Positions 1 to 11,181 of a stretch of DNA of 13,501 nt are shown one piece after another. The position numbers and the translations under genes are program-made. Under the pieces are notes generated by a model. The model saw nothing but the letters and a program-made list of their open reading frames with translations, had not been told where the DNA came from and searched no databases. Each line of letters begins with the position of its first letter. Positions within the stretch are counted from its first letter, which is position 1. This stretch comes from a virus. The stretch lies in UHGV virus genome UHGV-1805255. The stretch is one strand, 5' to 3'.

Positions 1-1
1 C

Positions 2-157
2 CAGCAGAACATCATGAAAATAATGGGTACTGTAAAAGCGGTGCCAGTCGGCATACTCCGTGGATGACATCCCGGCAAGCATGGCACGCCAGTCGGGTCG
101 CCCCATCTCACGCGCCAGTTTCAGGGCAAAACTCAACTCACCGTCGAACGCTTTCCC
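2..157 (-). CDS. T: Tail assembly chaperone GT, T-frame extension reached by -1 frameshift from G (partial; continues past window start)
   Basis: Hand translation of the -1 frame downstream of the slippery site gives ...AFDGELSFALKLARRWGRPDWRAMLAGMSSTEYADWHRFYSTHYFHDVLL, open to position 2. This matches the lambda gpT segment as I recall it. Not in the ORF track because it has no start codon of its own. Confidence 0.8.
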
Positions 158-555
158 GCAGAAACAGGCTCTGCAGGCCCGGCGTCCTCTGCCTGTTCAG
201 GAGCATCATTCACCACAAACTCATACATACCGGACAGCCGGTACACCACGTTTTCAGCATGAGAAATTGCCTCCGTGGGCCAGGTGGTAAGCACTTCCTG
301 CTCAATCTGTTTAACGGCTTCATTCATGGAAGGCAGCTTTGTCTTCTGCGGATGGTTATGCCACAGGGACATCGCCACCACAAAAGCGCCGGTTCTGATG
401 GCGTCTTCCACAGTAAACTTCCGGTTGCTGTCTGACTCCGCCTGTTCTGCCTGTCGTTTCATCAGGGCGAGATGCTCAATACGCTGCAGGGCTGACAGTT
501 CAGAAAGCGTGACGGTCACACCGTTATGTTCAAATGATTCGGTTTTCAGGAACAT
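133..555 (-). CDS. G: Tail assembly chaperone G
   Basis: 140-aa ORF (MFLKTESFEHNGVTVTLSEL...SAGKRSTVS) near-identical to lambda gpG. ATG at 555, TGA stop at 133-135. Confidence 0.95.
   Translation of the reverse strand: MFLKTESFEHNGVTVTLSELSALQRIEHLALMKRQAEQAESDSNRKFTVEDAIRTGAFVVAMSLWHNHPQKTKLPSMNEAVKQIEQEVLTTWPTEAISHAENVVYRLSGMYEFVVNDAPEQAEDAGPAEPVSAGKRSTVS
151..157 (-). other. Programmed -1 ribosomal frameshift slippery heptamer G GGA AAG (G to GT)
   Basis: Plus strand 151-157 is ctttccc, so the minus strand reads GGGAAAG in the G frame as G-GGA-AAG, 6 codons before the G stop. The -1 frame stays open beyond this point. Confidence 0.85.
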
Positions 556-570
556 CGCTGACTCTCCGGA

Positions 571-1311
571 TTAACTGCCGGTGACGGTGATTTCTGCAAC
601 CGCAGCAAGTTCACCATTACCGGATACAACCGGAATGTTGACCTTGCCTGCAGCAACGCCGTTCACGGTGATGGTCATACCACTGACCGACACGGTGGCT
701 TTTGTTTTATCCGCAGACACCGCACGGAAGCTCTTGTCGGTTGCGCCCTCCGGCTGGAATGCCACGGTCAGCGTGATGCTCCGCCCTTTCACCACCGAAG
801 TGCTGGCAGGCGTCACGGTCATGCCGGTTGCCGCTGTTACCGTGCTGCGATCTTCTGCCATCGACGGACGTCCCACGTTGGTGACTTTCACCGTGCGGGT
901 GATCACTTCCTTCGCCGTCACCGCCTTACCGATACTGCTGACCCAGCCGCGGAACACATCGACCGTGCCGTTCGGGAAGCGGATTTTATAGGCACGGGTA
1001 TCCCCTTTATTAAACCACGCCAGCAGCGCCTGCTGCCCCTGCTCTCCGGGCATCCACGCCAGCGTGAAGATGGTATCTCCGGCAGATTTCTGCCCCTGCC
1101 CGGTCGCAGTCCAGTCCGCATTTTCATCATCGAGATAGCTGTCGTCATAGGACTCAGCGGTCAGTTCGCCGGGCGTCAGGTCTTTAACCTTTGCCAGACG
1201 CGACCAGTCATTGTCTGAAAGCGGGTTTGCATAAGGGTCGCCGCTCCCGTTATAAACCCACAGTGTGGTCCCGGCCCCTTTCACCGGTGCCAGAGGATTT
1301 GGTGTTGGCAT
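571..1311 (-). CDS. V: Major tail tube protein V with C-terminal Ig-like domain
   Basis: ORF 571..1341 matches lambda gpV from the internal ATG at 1311 ([20 protein letters not shown]...). A GAGGA RBS precedes that ATG. 246 aa, as in lambda. Confidence 0.95.
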   Translation of the reverse strand: MPTPNPLAPVKGAGTTLWVYNGSGDPYANPLSDNDWSRLAKVKDLTPGELTAESYDDSYLDDENADWTATGQGQKSAGDTIFTLAWMPGEQGQQALLAWFNKGDTRAYKIRFPNGTVDVFRGWVSSIGKAVTAKEVITRTVKVTNVGRPSMAEDRSTVTAATGMTVTPASTSVVKGRSITLTVAFQPEGATDKSFRAVSADKTKATVSVSGMTITVNGVAAGKVNIPVVSGNGELAAVAEITVTGS

Positions 1312-1318
1312 ATCGTCC

Positions 1319-1714
1319 TCACATTTCATAGGTAATGACATAAGTCAGATCGGCTGAACTCCACAGGCCCGCATCATCGTCGCGCCGGTAGTCATAGCCG
1401 CTGGCCACCATACTGGTGATCAAATCTGACAGTGCCGGGATATCACTCATCACCGGATAAATCCGGGACTCCATCCACGCATCCAGCTCTGAATCCGGCA
1501 CCTGAGCAGGCAGGAAAACTTCAATATGCAGCTCTGCCTGCCAGGTATCGCTGTCCAGCTCTTCGCCCGTGTATTCAGCGCCAGTGAGATAAACGGCAAT
1601 TGCCGGAAAATCCGCCTCATCAAAAACAGCGGGGCGACCATCAAAAAGCGTCGCCCCGGTGTCATGCTTCTCCAGTGCATCCAGTACGGCTGCACGGAGT
1701 TCAGTATGTTTCAT
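1319..1714 (-). CDS. U: Tail terminator protein U
   Basis: 131-aa ORF ([18 protein letters not shown]...) matching lambda gpU. Its ATG overlaps the Z stop in an ATGA arrangement. Confidence 0.95.
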   Translation of the reverse strand: MKHTELRAAVLDALEKHDTGATLFDGRPAVFDEADFPAIAVYLTGAEYTGEELDSDTWQAELHIEVFLPAQVPDSELDAWMESRIYPVMSDIPALSDLITSMVASGYDYRRDDDAGLWSSADLTYVITYEM

Positions 1715-2286
1715 CGCTTTATCACAATCCTCAGTTGTTGTTTCAGCGCATAGCTCAGTTCTTTTGGCAGACGTTCTCGCCGGATACGGTTAACGTTCTC
1801 ATCAAAAGCCTGTTTCAGTGGGACCGCCATCGGAATTTTCACCACCTGAATGGGAAGACGATTACGCTTTTTCCTTCCCTTATCGTCAGTGCCCTTCGCA
1901 TACCGTGCTTCTGGCAGACGTTGCATAACATGCCAGCGTCCATTATTTAATCGCTGGATGAATGCCCGCTGATAACGATGCTGACCGGCTTTGAGTATGC
2001 TGTTCGGGCGATGACCAAGCATCCTGATCCCCAGCTTAATAGCAGGGAGATCACCTCGGTTAACGATAATTTTTGCATTCGGATTTCTGACCGTAGCTCG
2101 TTTCAGTCTGGATCGCTCTTTAACCAGTTTTCTCGGCACCCGGGTTTCACGGGCGACCTGAGACGAAGACTGATTAATCGCCGTTGCGGCCACGCGGTTA
2201 ATGGCCATTGCTGACGCACTAGGCACCGCCGTTTTGCTGATACGGCTGAGGTTTTCAACGGCCTGCTCAAGACCTTTTATGGCCAT
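1711..2286 (-). CDS. Z: Tail completion / minor tail protein Z
   Basis: 191-aa ORF (MAIKGLEQAVENLSRISKTAVP...LRIVIKR) with N- and C-terminal regions matching lambda gpZ as I recall it. A GGGGGG RBS precedes ATG 2286. Confidence 0.9.
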   Translation of the reverse strand: MAIKGLEQAVENLSRISKTAVPSASAMAINRVAATAINQSSSQVARETRVPRKLVKERSRLKRATVRNPNAKIIVNRGDLPAIKLGIRMLGHRPNSILKAGQHRYQRAFIQRLNNGRWHVMQRLPEARYAKGTDDKGRKKRNRLPIQVVKIPMAVPLKQAFDENVNRIRRERLPKELSYALKQQLRIVIKR

Positions 2287-2297
2287 ACACCCCCCTT

Positions 2298-2651
2298 TCA
2301 GCGACGACGGTTAACGGCAGGCGGTACGCCCCGTCCAAGCCAGAGATGACAGCTTCCGCCATCATCCGGCGTAACCCGATCTACCCAGAAGTTTTCCTCA
2401 CCGATGGTCAGCGTGTCTCCGCGCCGCAGCTGCCGCACATCATCAGTCCGGACAAACAGGGACGGGCTGGAGCCTTCAACGCGCACGCCCTGTCCGGCAT
2501 AGCTGATATTTTCAGGGTCATCAAAAACACCACGTATCACAGCACCGGACTGCTCACCGGATGTCATGGTGGCTGACGTTCCCATGTACCCGCGTATCGT
2601 TTCATCGGCGCGGGCAATAGCAGCATCGAACAGGTTATCGAAATCAGCCAC
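2298..2651 (-). CDS. FII: Head-tail joining protein FII
   Basis: 117-aa ORF (MADFDNLFDAAIARADETIRGY...) matching lambda gpFII. Start is GTG at 2651, preceded by a GGGAGG RBS at about 5 nt. Confidence 0.93.
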   Translation of the reverse strand: MADFDNLFDAAIARADETIRGYMGTSATMTSGEQSGAVIRGVFDDPENISYAGQGVRVEGSSPSLFVRTDDVRQLRRGDTLTIGEENFWVDRVTPDDGGSCHLWLGRGVPPAVNRRR

Positions 2652-2662
2652 AGCGCCTCCCG

Positions 2663-3049
2663 TTATTGCATTCTGGCCAGGCCACGCTCTGTCATTTCAG
2701 CTGCCACACCGGCAGAGACACGAAACGCCGTTCCCGGCAGCACAAATGCCACAGGTTCATCCCGCGTGGCGTGAAGTGCATCAGTATGCAGCGTCACCAG
2801 TGCCACAACCGTGACCAGATCAGCCGTATCAGTCACGGTATCCGGCTGCGCTGATACCACCTCATTTTCATGTCCGGTCAGCGCATTTTCCGGGCTGATA
2901 GGGGTATCCTGATCGGCAGTGTCATCAAGCTCCTCTTCCAGCTCTGCCACACGGAGCGCCAGTTCTTCTTTCGTTCCCGTCAAACTGACATCGCGGTTCA
3001 GTTGCTCACCCAGCTCCTGAAGACGGGCAATCAGTTCATCTTTCGTCAT
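2663..3049 (-). CDS. FI: Head assembly / DNA packaging accessory protein FI
   Basis: ORF 2663..3088 matches lambda gpFI from the internal ATG at 3049 (MTKDELIARLQELGEQLNRDVSLTGTKEELALRVAEL...). A GGAGGAG RBS lies immediately upstream. The upstream part of the track ORF overlaps an RNA hairpin and is not coding. Confidence 0.92.
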   Translation of the reverse strand: MTKDELIARLQELGEQLNRDVSLTGTKEELALRVAELEEELDDTADQDTPISPENALTGHENEVVSAQPDTVTDTADLVTVVALVTLHTDALHATRDEPVAFVLPGTAFRVSAGVAAEMTERGLARMQ

Positions 3050-3070
3050 GGACTCCTCCACAGAGAAACA

Positions 3071-3088
3071 ATGGCCCCGAAGGGCCAT
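3071..3088 (-). other. Stable RNA stem-loop with cUUCGg tetraloop immediately after the E stop codon
   Basis: Plus strand atggccc-cgaa-gggccat has perfect 7-bp arms. On the mRNA this is AUGGCCC-UUCG-GGGCCAU, 2 nt after the E UAA and upstream of the FI RBS. Confidence 0.7.
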
Positions 3089-3090
3089 GA

Positions 3091-4116
3091 TTACGCCAGT
3101 TGTACAGACACGAACTCATCAGGGTCAGCCAGCAGCATCAGCGGTGCTGACTGAATCATGGTGAACTCACGCGCCGGATCGCCGGATGTCTTCCAGTTTT
3201 TCGGATAACGGGGAGACGCATTAATACCCTCACTCAATGCATCCGCATCCTGAATGCAGCCATAGGTGCGCAGACCGCGTGCATGAGTGTTACCCAGCAC
3301 CATCGTGTTGTCCGGCAGGAAGTTCTTTTTGACGCCGTTTTCCACGTACTGTCCGGAATACACGACGATGGCCACATCGCCATACATTCCCTTATAAGAC
3401 ACCGCTTTGCCCAGGTCTTTCACCGCTGTCTCCAGCTCGGAATGAGAGCCGCGACGGGTATCCAGCTTATCCTTGACGGCCTTGAAGGAACGGAACAGCG
3501 CCCAGCCTTTCGGATCAAACACGATGATATTCACCACACCGCTGGCGTTCAGCGCGTAGGCTTCGATATCGTCGGTCGGGTCATACGTGGACTTGTCACG
3601 CTTGCTCCACGCCGTGCCGCCGGACTGCGTGATGTTGTTGGCCGCACTGCGGCCCATATCCACCTCAACCGGATCGAAGGCTTCACCGGTCATGGTGTAT
3701 TTGCCCTTGAGCACGGCAGAAACTGCCTGCATCTCTTCCACCTGGGCAATGGCCAGCTCTTCGTCACGCATGTTCTGCATGATGATGCGACGGCGACGGT
3801 AAGCCGGGTCCGCCAGATTCTGCGGATCTTCATCCGGCAGGCGACGCAGGGTCATCTGCGGATTCACTTCATGCTTCGGCTTGACATATCCCGGCGTAAA
3901 TTCAGAGGTGGAGCCGCCACGGGAACGGATAACCTCACCGGAAACAATCGGCGAAACGTACAGCGCCATGTTTACCAGTCCCGGAATTTGTGAGAGATAG
4001 ACTTTCTCCGTAGTGAAGGGATAGCTCTCACGGAAAAAGAGACGCAGAAACAGCGGATCAAACTTAAATTTCTGCTCATTTGCCGCCAGCAGCTGGGCGG
4101 TTGTGTACATCGACAT
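3091..4116 (-). CDS. E: Major capsid protein E
   Basis: ORF 3091..4143 matches lambda gpE (341 aa) from the ATG at 4116 (MSMYTTAQLLAANEQKFKFDPLFLRLFFRESYPFTTEK...). TAA stop at 3091-3093. Confidence 0.97.
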   Translation of the reverse strand: MSMYTTAQLLAANEQKFKFDPLFLRLFFRESYPFTTEKVYLSQIPGLVNMALYVSPIVSGEVIRSRGGSTSEFTPGYVKPKHEVNPQMTLRRLPDEDPQNLADPAYRRRRIIMQNMRDEELAIAQVEEMQAVSAVLKGKYTMTGEAFDPVEVDMGRSAANNITQSGGTAWSKRDKSTYDPTDDIEAYALNASGVVNIIVFDPKGWALFRSFKAVKDKLDTRRGSHSELETAVKDLGKAVSYKGMYGDVAIVVYSGQYVENGVKKNFLPDNTMVLGNTHARGLRTYGCIQDADALSEGINASPRYPKNWKTSGDPAREFTMIQSAPLMLLADPDEFVSVQLA

Positions 4117-4125
4117 AAAAAAATC

Positions 4126-4154
4126 CCGTAAAAAAAGCCGCACAGGCGGCCTTT
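4126..4154 (-). terminator. Terminator-like GC hairpin plus U-tract between D and E (possible attenuator or mRNA stability element inside the late operon)
   Basis: The mRNA reads AAAGGCCGC-CUGU-GCGGCUUUU (9-bp stem with one G-U pair) followed by UUUACGGGAUUUUUUU directly before the E AUG. Read from sequence; function is inferred. Confidence 0.5.
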
Positions 4155-4171
4155 AGTGATGAAGGGTAAGC

Positions 4172-4504
4172 TTAAACGATGCTGATTGCCGTTCCGGCAA
4201 ACGCGGTCCGTTTTTTCGTCTCGTCGCTGGCAGCCTCCGGCCAGAGCACATCCTCATAACGGAACGTGCCGGACTTGTAGAACGTCAGCGTGGTGCTGGT
4301 CTGGTCAGCAGCAACCGCCAGAATGCCAACGGCAGCACCGTCGGTGGTGCCATCCCACGCAACCAGCTTACGGGTGGAGGTGTCCAGCATCAGCGGGGTC
4401 ATTGCAGGCGCTTTCGCACTCAATCCGCCGGGCGCGGTTGCCGTATGTGCCGGGTCACTGTTGCCCAGCGGCTGGTAATGGGTAAAGGTTTCTTTGCTCG
4501 TCAT
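4172..4504 (-). CDS. D: Head decoration protein D
   Basis: ORF 4172..4510 matches lambda gpD (110 aa) from the ATG at 4504 ([41 protein letters not shown]...). An AAGGGA RBS lies upstream. Confidence 0.95.
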   Translation of the reverse strand: MTSKETFTHYQPLGNSDPAHTATAPGGLSAKAPAMTPLMLDTSTRKLVAWDGTTDGAAVGILAVAADQTSTTLTFYKSGTFRYEDVLWPEAASDETKKRTAFAGTAISIV

Positions 4505-4513
4505 AAACATCCC

Positions 4514-5119
4514 TTACACTGGTGTGTTCAGCAAATCGTTAACGGCATCAGATGCCGGGTTACCTGCAGCCAGCGGTGCCGGTGCCCCCTGCATCAGACG
4601 ATCCAGCGCAGTGTCACTGCGCGCCTGTGCACTCTGTGGTGCAACTGCCAGAATGCGGCGGGCCGTTTCCACGGTCATACCGGGGGTTTCGGCCAGCACG
4701 CGAGCCTGTTCTTCGCGTCCGTGAGCCTCCTCACAGTTGAGGATCCCCATAATGCGGCTGTTTTCTGCCGCAACCGCAGCGGTGATCTGCGCGTTCACGT
4801 CCGGCTGCGCCGCGCTGGCGTTTTCGCCCTCCGTCGCTGGCACCACGTCAGTAACGTCAGCCTGCGAAGCAGTGGCTGAAACAGTTGTTGATTGAGTCTC
4901 TTTGGTCATTCGCCCTCCTGAGAGACGGGATTTACGTGCATCCAGTGCATCACGCATAACGGTGATCGCATCGGTGCTGTTGACAAGTTCATCAGCCAGT
5001 CCGGCATCAATGGCCTCCTGACCGCTGTACACTGCAGCCTCGGTATCCAGCACAGCCTGCACGGACAGGCCGGTATATGCCGACACCTTCTGCGCAAACA
5101 TCCGGCGGGTTGCATCCAT
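4514..5119 (-). CDS. Nu3: Scaffolding protein Nu3 (in-frame internal start within C)
   Basis: In-frame ATG at 5119 (MDATRRMFAQKV...) gives 201 codons sharing the C stop, matching the lambda Nu3 arrangement. The call rests on lambda precedent. Confidence 0.75.
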   Translation of the reverse strand: MDATRRMFAQKVSAYTGLSVQAVLDTEAAVYSGQEAIDAGLADELVNSTDAITVMRDALDARKSRLSGGRMTKETQSTTVSATASQADVTDVVPATEGENASAAQPDVNAQITAAVAAENSRIMGILNCEEAHGREEQARVLAETPGMTVETARRILAVAPQSAQARSDTALDRLMQGAPAPLAAGNPASDAVNDLLNTPV

Positions 5120-5813
5120 CCGGGACTGCAGTGTCTCCCGGACGTCATCCGGAAGATGGCTGTAGGGATTGCCATCCACCTTATGGCTGCCGCTGTAAAT
5201 CAGCGTGATTTCCACGCCCTGTTTCTCCAGCGCAGCACCGTAATTACTGTGAGCCATCATGACGCCGATGGAGCCTGTCCGGGCGGTCTGCGTGACCAGA
5301 CGCCGGGAAGCGGCACTGGCAAGCAGCTGACCTGCACTGCAGTTCATGTCGTTGGCCAGCGCCCATACCGGTTTTATGTCACGCACACGGGCGATGATGT
5401 CAGCGCAGTCAAATGCCCCCGCCACCATCCCGCCGGGCGTGTCCATATCGAGCAGAATGCCGTCCACCATCGGATCGCTGGCAGCCTGTTGCAGACGGGC
5501 GATAATGCCGTTGTAACCGGTCATCCCCGAGTACGGCTTCAGCGCCCGCGTCCGGCTGACCAGCGTGCCGGAAACCGGCAGCACGGCGATGCCATTCATG
5601 ACCTGATAACTGCGGGCCTGTCGTGGTCCGTTATCATCACCGGATAACGCCAGCGTCGCGGGTGCCTCCGGGGCAGTCAGGCTGTCACCGGACACCGCAT
5701 CTGTCAGGCGGCTGATCCCAAGCTGGCCTGCAAGCGCACAAAAGAAAACCCGCGCATAGGCGGGTTCAAGCATCAGCGGCTCATTAAAGGCCATGCTGGC
5801 AATATGCGGGAGA

Positions 5814-5833
<20 letters not shown>
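4514..5833 (-). CDS. C: Head maturation protease / scaffold-related protein C
   Basis: ORF 4514..5968 matches lambda gpC (439 aa) from the GTG at 5833 (V/MTAELRNLPHIASMAFNEPLMLEPAYARVFF...). A GGAGGAG RBS lies upstream, and the start overlaps the 3' end of B by 20 nt as in lambda. ClpP/SppA-like peptidase fold is established for this family. Confidence 0.93.
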
Positions 5834-9514
<3,681 letters not shown>

Positions 9515-9540
<26 letters not shown>

Positions 9541-10060
9541 TCAGCAACCCCGGTATCAGTTCATCCAGCGCGGCTGCTTTGTTCATGGCTTTGATAATAT
9601 CCCGTTTCAGGAAATCAATATGCCGGTTATCCAGCTCAGGAAAACGTCGCTGCACCGACAGAGGAATACCGTCGAGAATACTGGATATTTCCCTTGCTAT
9701 ACGCGACAGCACGAAAGTACAGAATGCGGTTTCCACCACTTCAGCCGATTCTTTGGCATTTTTCAGTTCCTGCGCCGTCGCCTGAGCACGAGTCAGGCGA
9801 TGGCGCTCAAATTCAAGTGTTCCGGGGTGAAGATCTGCCTCGCTGGCCAGCCGCAGTTCTTCAACCTCCCGGCGCAGCTTTTCGTTCTCAATTTCAGCAT
9901 CCCTTTCGGCATACCATTTTATGACGGCGGCAGAATCATAAAGCACCTCATTACCCTTACCACCACCCCGCAGAACGGGCATTCCCTGCTCCTGCCAGTT
10001 CTGAATGGTACGGATACTCGCGCCGAAAATGTCAGCCAGCTGCTTTTTGTTGACTTCCAT
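9515..10060 (-). CDS. Nu1: Terminase small subunit Nu1
   Basis: 181-aa ORF (MEVNKKQLADIFGASIRTIQNWQEQGMPVLRGGGKGNEVLYD...) matching lambda gpNu1, with the N-terminal winged-HTH region. ATG at 10060, directly downstream of cosB. Confidence 0.97.
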
Positions 10061-10084
10061 TGTTCATTCCACGGACAAAAACAG

Positions 10085-10199
10085 AGAAAGGAAACGACAG
10101 GGGCCAAAAAGCCCGTTTTCAGCACCTGTCGTTTCCTTTCTTTTCAGGGGGTATTTTAAATAAAAACATTAAGTTACGGCGAAGAAGAACGGAAACGCC
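10085..10199. promoter_or_regulatory. cosB: terminase (Nu1) binding R-elements R1, R2, R3
   Basis: A perfect 17-bp inverted pair, agaaaggaaacgacagg (10085-10101) and cctgtcgtttcctttct (10125-10141), plus a third related element gaacggaaacgcc (10187-10199). These match the lambda CGTTTCC-type R sites between cosN and Nu1. Confidence 0.85.
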
Positions 10200-10237
10200 T
10201 TAAACCGGAAAATTTTCATAAATAGCGAAAACCCGCG

Positions 10238-10249
10238 AGGTCGCCGCCC
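10238..10249. other. cosN: 12-nt cohesive-end sequence (GGGCGGCGACCT on the minus strand)
   Basis: Plus strand aggtcgccgccc at 10238-10249 is the reverse complement of the lambda cohesive end. The 49 nt on the Nu1 side are identical to the lambda left end as I recall it. Confidence 0.9.
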
Positions 10250-10310
10250 CGTAACGGCCCGGATCGCCGGAAAGGACCCGTAAAAATGATAATGGTTATC
10301 ATTTTCAATG

Positions 10311-10498
10311 TAGTCCGGTTTCTTCCACCATCGCACCGGACAGGCGACTATGAGGGGACAACGCCGCGCTCCGTTAACGCGGTAAACCCCGGTGTGTATC
10401 GTTTTTGATTATCCCCGCACACTCGCGCAGAGGAGTCTCCCTGTCGGGCTGCGGTCTCTGTTAATGAGGGAATACAGCGACGATACGGCGCATGATGT
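10311..10498. repeat. Copy 1 of a ~190-bp imperfect direct repeat (cos-proximal copy)
   Basis: By-eye alignment with 12086-12285: ttcttccacc...cagg...atgagggaca...gcggtaaa...ccggtgtg.atcgtttttgattat..ccgcacactcgcgcagaggagt...gtcgggct.cggtc...gttaatg.gg.aatac.gcgacgat. Roughly 85-90% identity over the core. Confidence 0.8.
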
Positions 10499-10524
10499 GT
10501 CAGGCTTGAATACATTTATCCGTT

Positions 10525-10550
10525 AAAAGGGATATCAGTTAAGTTATCCC
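10525..10550 (-). terminator. Weak terminator-like hairpin 3' of cargo gene B
   Basis: The mRNA reads GGGAUA-ACUUAACUGA-UAUCCC followed by UUUUAACGG. The 6-bp stem is AU-rich and the U-tract short, so this is a weak call. Confidence 0.25.
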
Positions 10551-10607
10551 GTGTAGGGTATAAGCCATTATCAAAGCCACTCAGTAGCGAATGGCTTTTG
10601 TAATGGA

Positions 10608-11057
10608 CTATTTAATTAGTGATGCTGCGTATTCGATTAGATATAACTTAGGTGCCAACCAGATTTTTAACCATGTCATATTGGTTACTACAGCAATAAT
10701 AAAACTTACCCACAGAACAAAAACTGCTGCTAATGGTAAGATAAGAAAACTAATCTCACCGTTACTTTCCCAAATCATGGTCGGTTTGTATTTAGGCTTC
10801 CCTTTTTCCCATGACCATCCTTCATTATCGAACTTACCAATTTCAACTTTTTGGTACTGTTTCTTCATAAACCAAATAACCAGCGGGATTGTTGAAATGG
10901 CTATTAATGTTTTAATCAGGCTATCAACCATATTCCATACCAGCAACTGATGAACAACATCCGGAATCTGAGCCTGACTGAATGCAATGGCGGAATCAAT
11001 TCCATCGCTGGCCTTCTTCAATAAATCAACAAGAATTTTATTTGCTTCTTCTTGCAT
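10608..11057 (-). CDS. Cargo gene B: small (149 aa) predicted two-pass membrane protein, function unknown
   Basis: ATG at 11057 preceded by AGGA at about 7 nt; the track ORF begins upstream at a TTG. Two hydrophobic segments (SLIKTLIAISTIPLVIWFM and ISFLILPLAAVFVLWVSFIIAVVT) flank a Lys-rich loop. About 37% GC in a sampled stretch. No homolog recognised. Confidence 0.7.
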   Translation of the reverse strand: MQEEANKILVDLLKKASDGIDSAIAFSQAQIPDVVHQLLVWNMVDSLIKTLIAISTIPLVIWFMKKQYQKVEIGKFDNEGWSWEKGKPKYKPTMIWESNGEISFLILPLAAVFVLWVSFIIAVVTNMTWLKIWLAPKLYLIEYAASLIK

Positions 11058-11181
11058 GTTTATATCCTGTAAGTTGTAAGCCTGTTCGAGAAAAATAAAC
11101 AACTACGAGAGACAGAAAAAAATATCTCAGGCTCTCTTTCTATAAGCTTTTAGTTGAGGATGTTCTGCAAAACAAAACTGG

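Noticed and set aside
60-574. Plus-strand ORFs 60-290, 64-435 and 275-574
   Set aside because: Antisense to G and the T frameshift extension, both of which are well supported.
918-1148. Minus-strand 76-aa ORF inside V (also 1450-1695 inside U and 8574-8873 inside A)
   Set aside because: Alternative-frame ORFs embedded in strongly supported genes, with Arg/Cys/Ser-rich translations. Unlike Rz1 there is no signal peptide or known precedent.
3283-3993. 236-aa plus-strand ORF
   Set aside because: It lies entirely antisense to the major capsid gene E, whose identity is unambiguous. The translation is His/Arg-rich low complexity, typical of a shadow ORF on the opposite strand of a GC-rich gene, and has no RBS.
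5156-5647. 163-aa plus-strand ORF
   Set aside because: Antisense shadow ORF within C/Nu3; no support.
10573-10598. Hairpin aaagcca-12 nt-tggcttt as an intrinsic terminator
   Set aside because: There is no U-tract after the stem on the minus-strand RNA. Kept only as part of the structured 3' UTR.
10591-10950. 119-aa plus-strand ORF, and plus-strand ORFs 11240-11491, 11361-11591 and 11818-12003
   Set aside because: Antisense to cargo genes A and B. They would be transcribed against the late operon and have no RBS.
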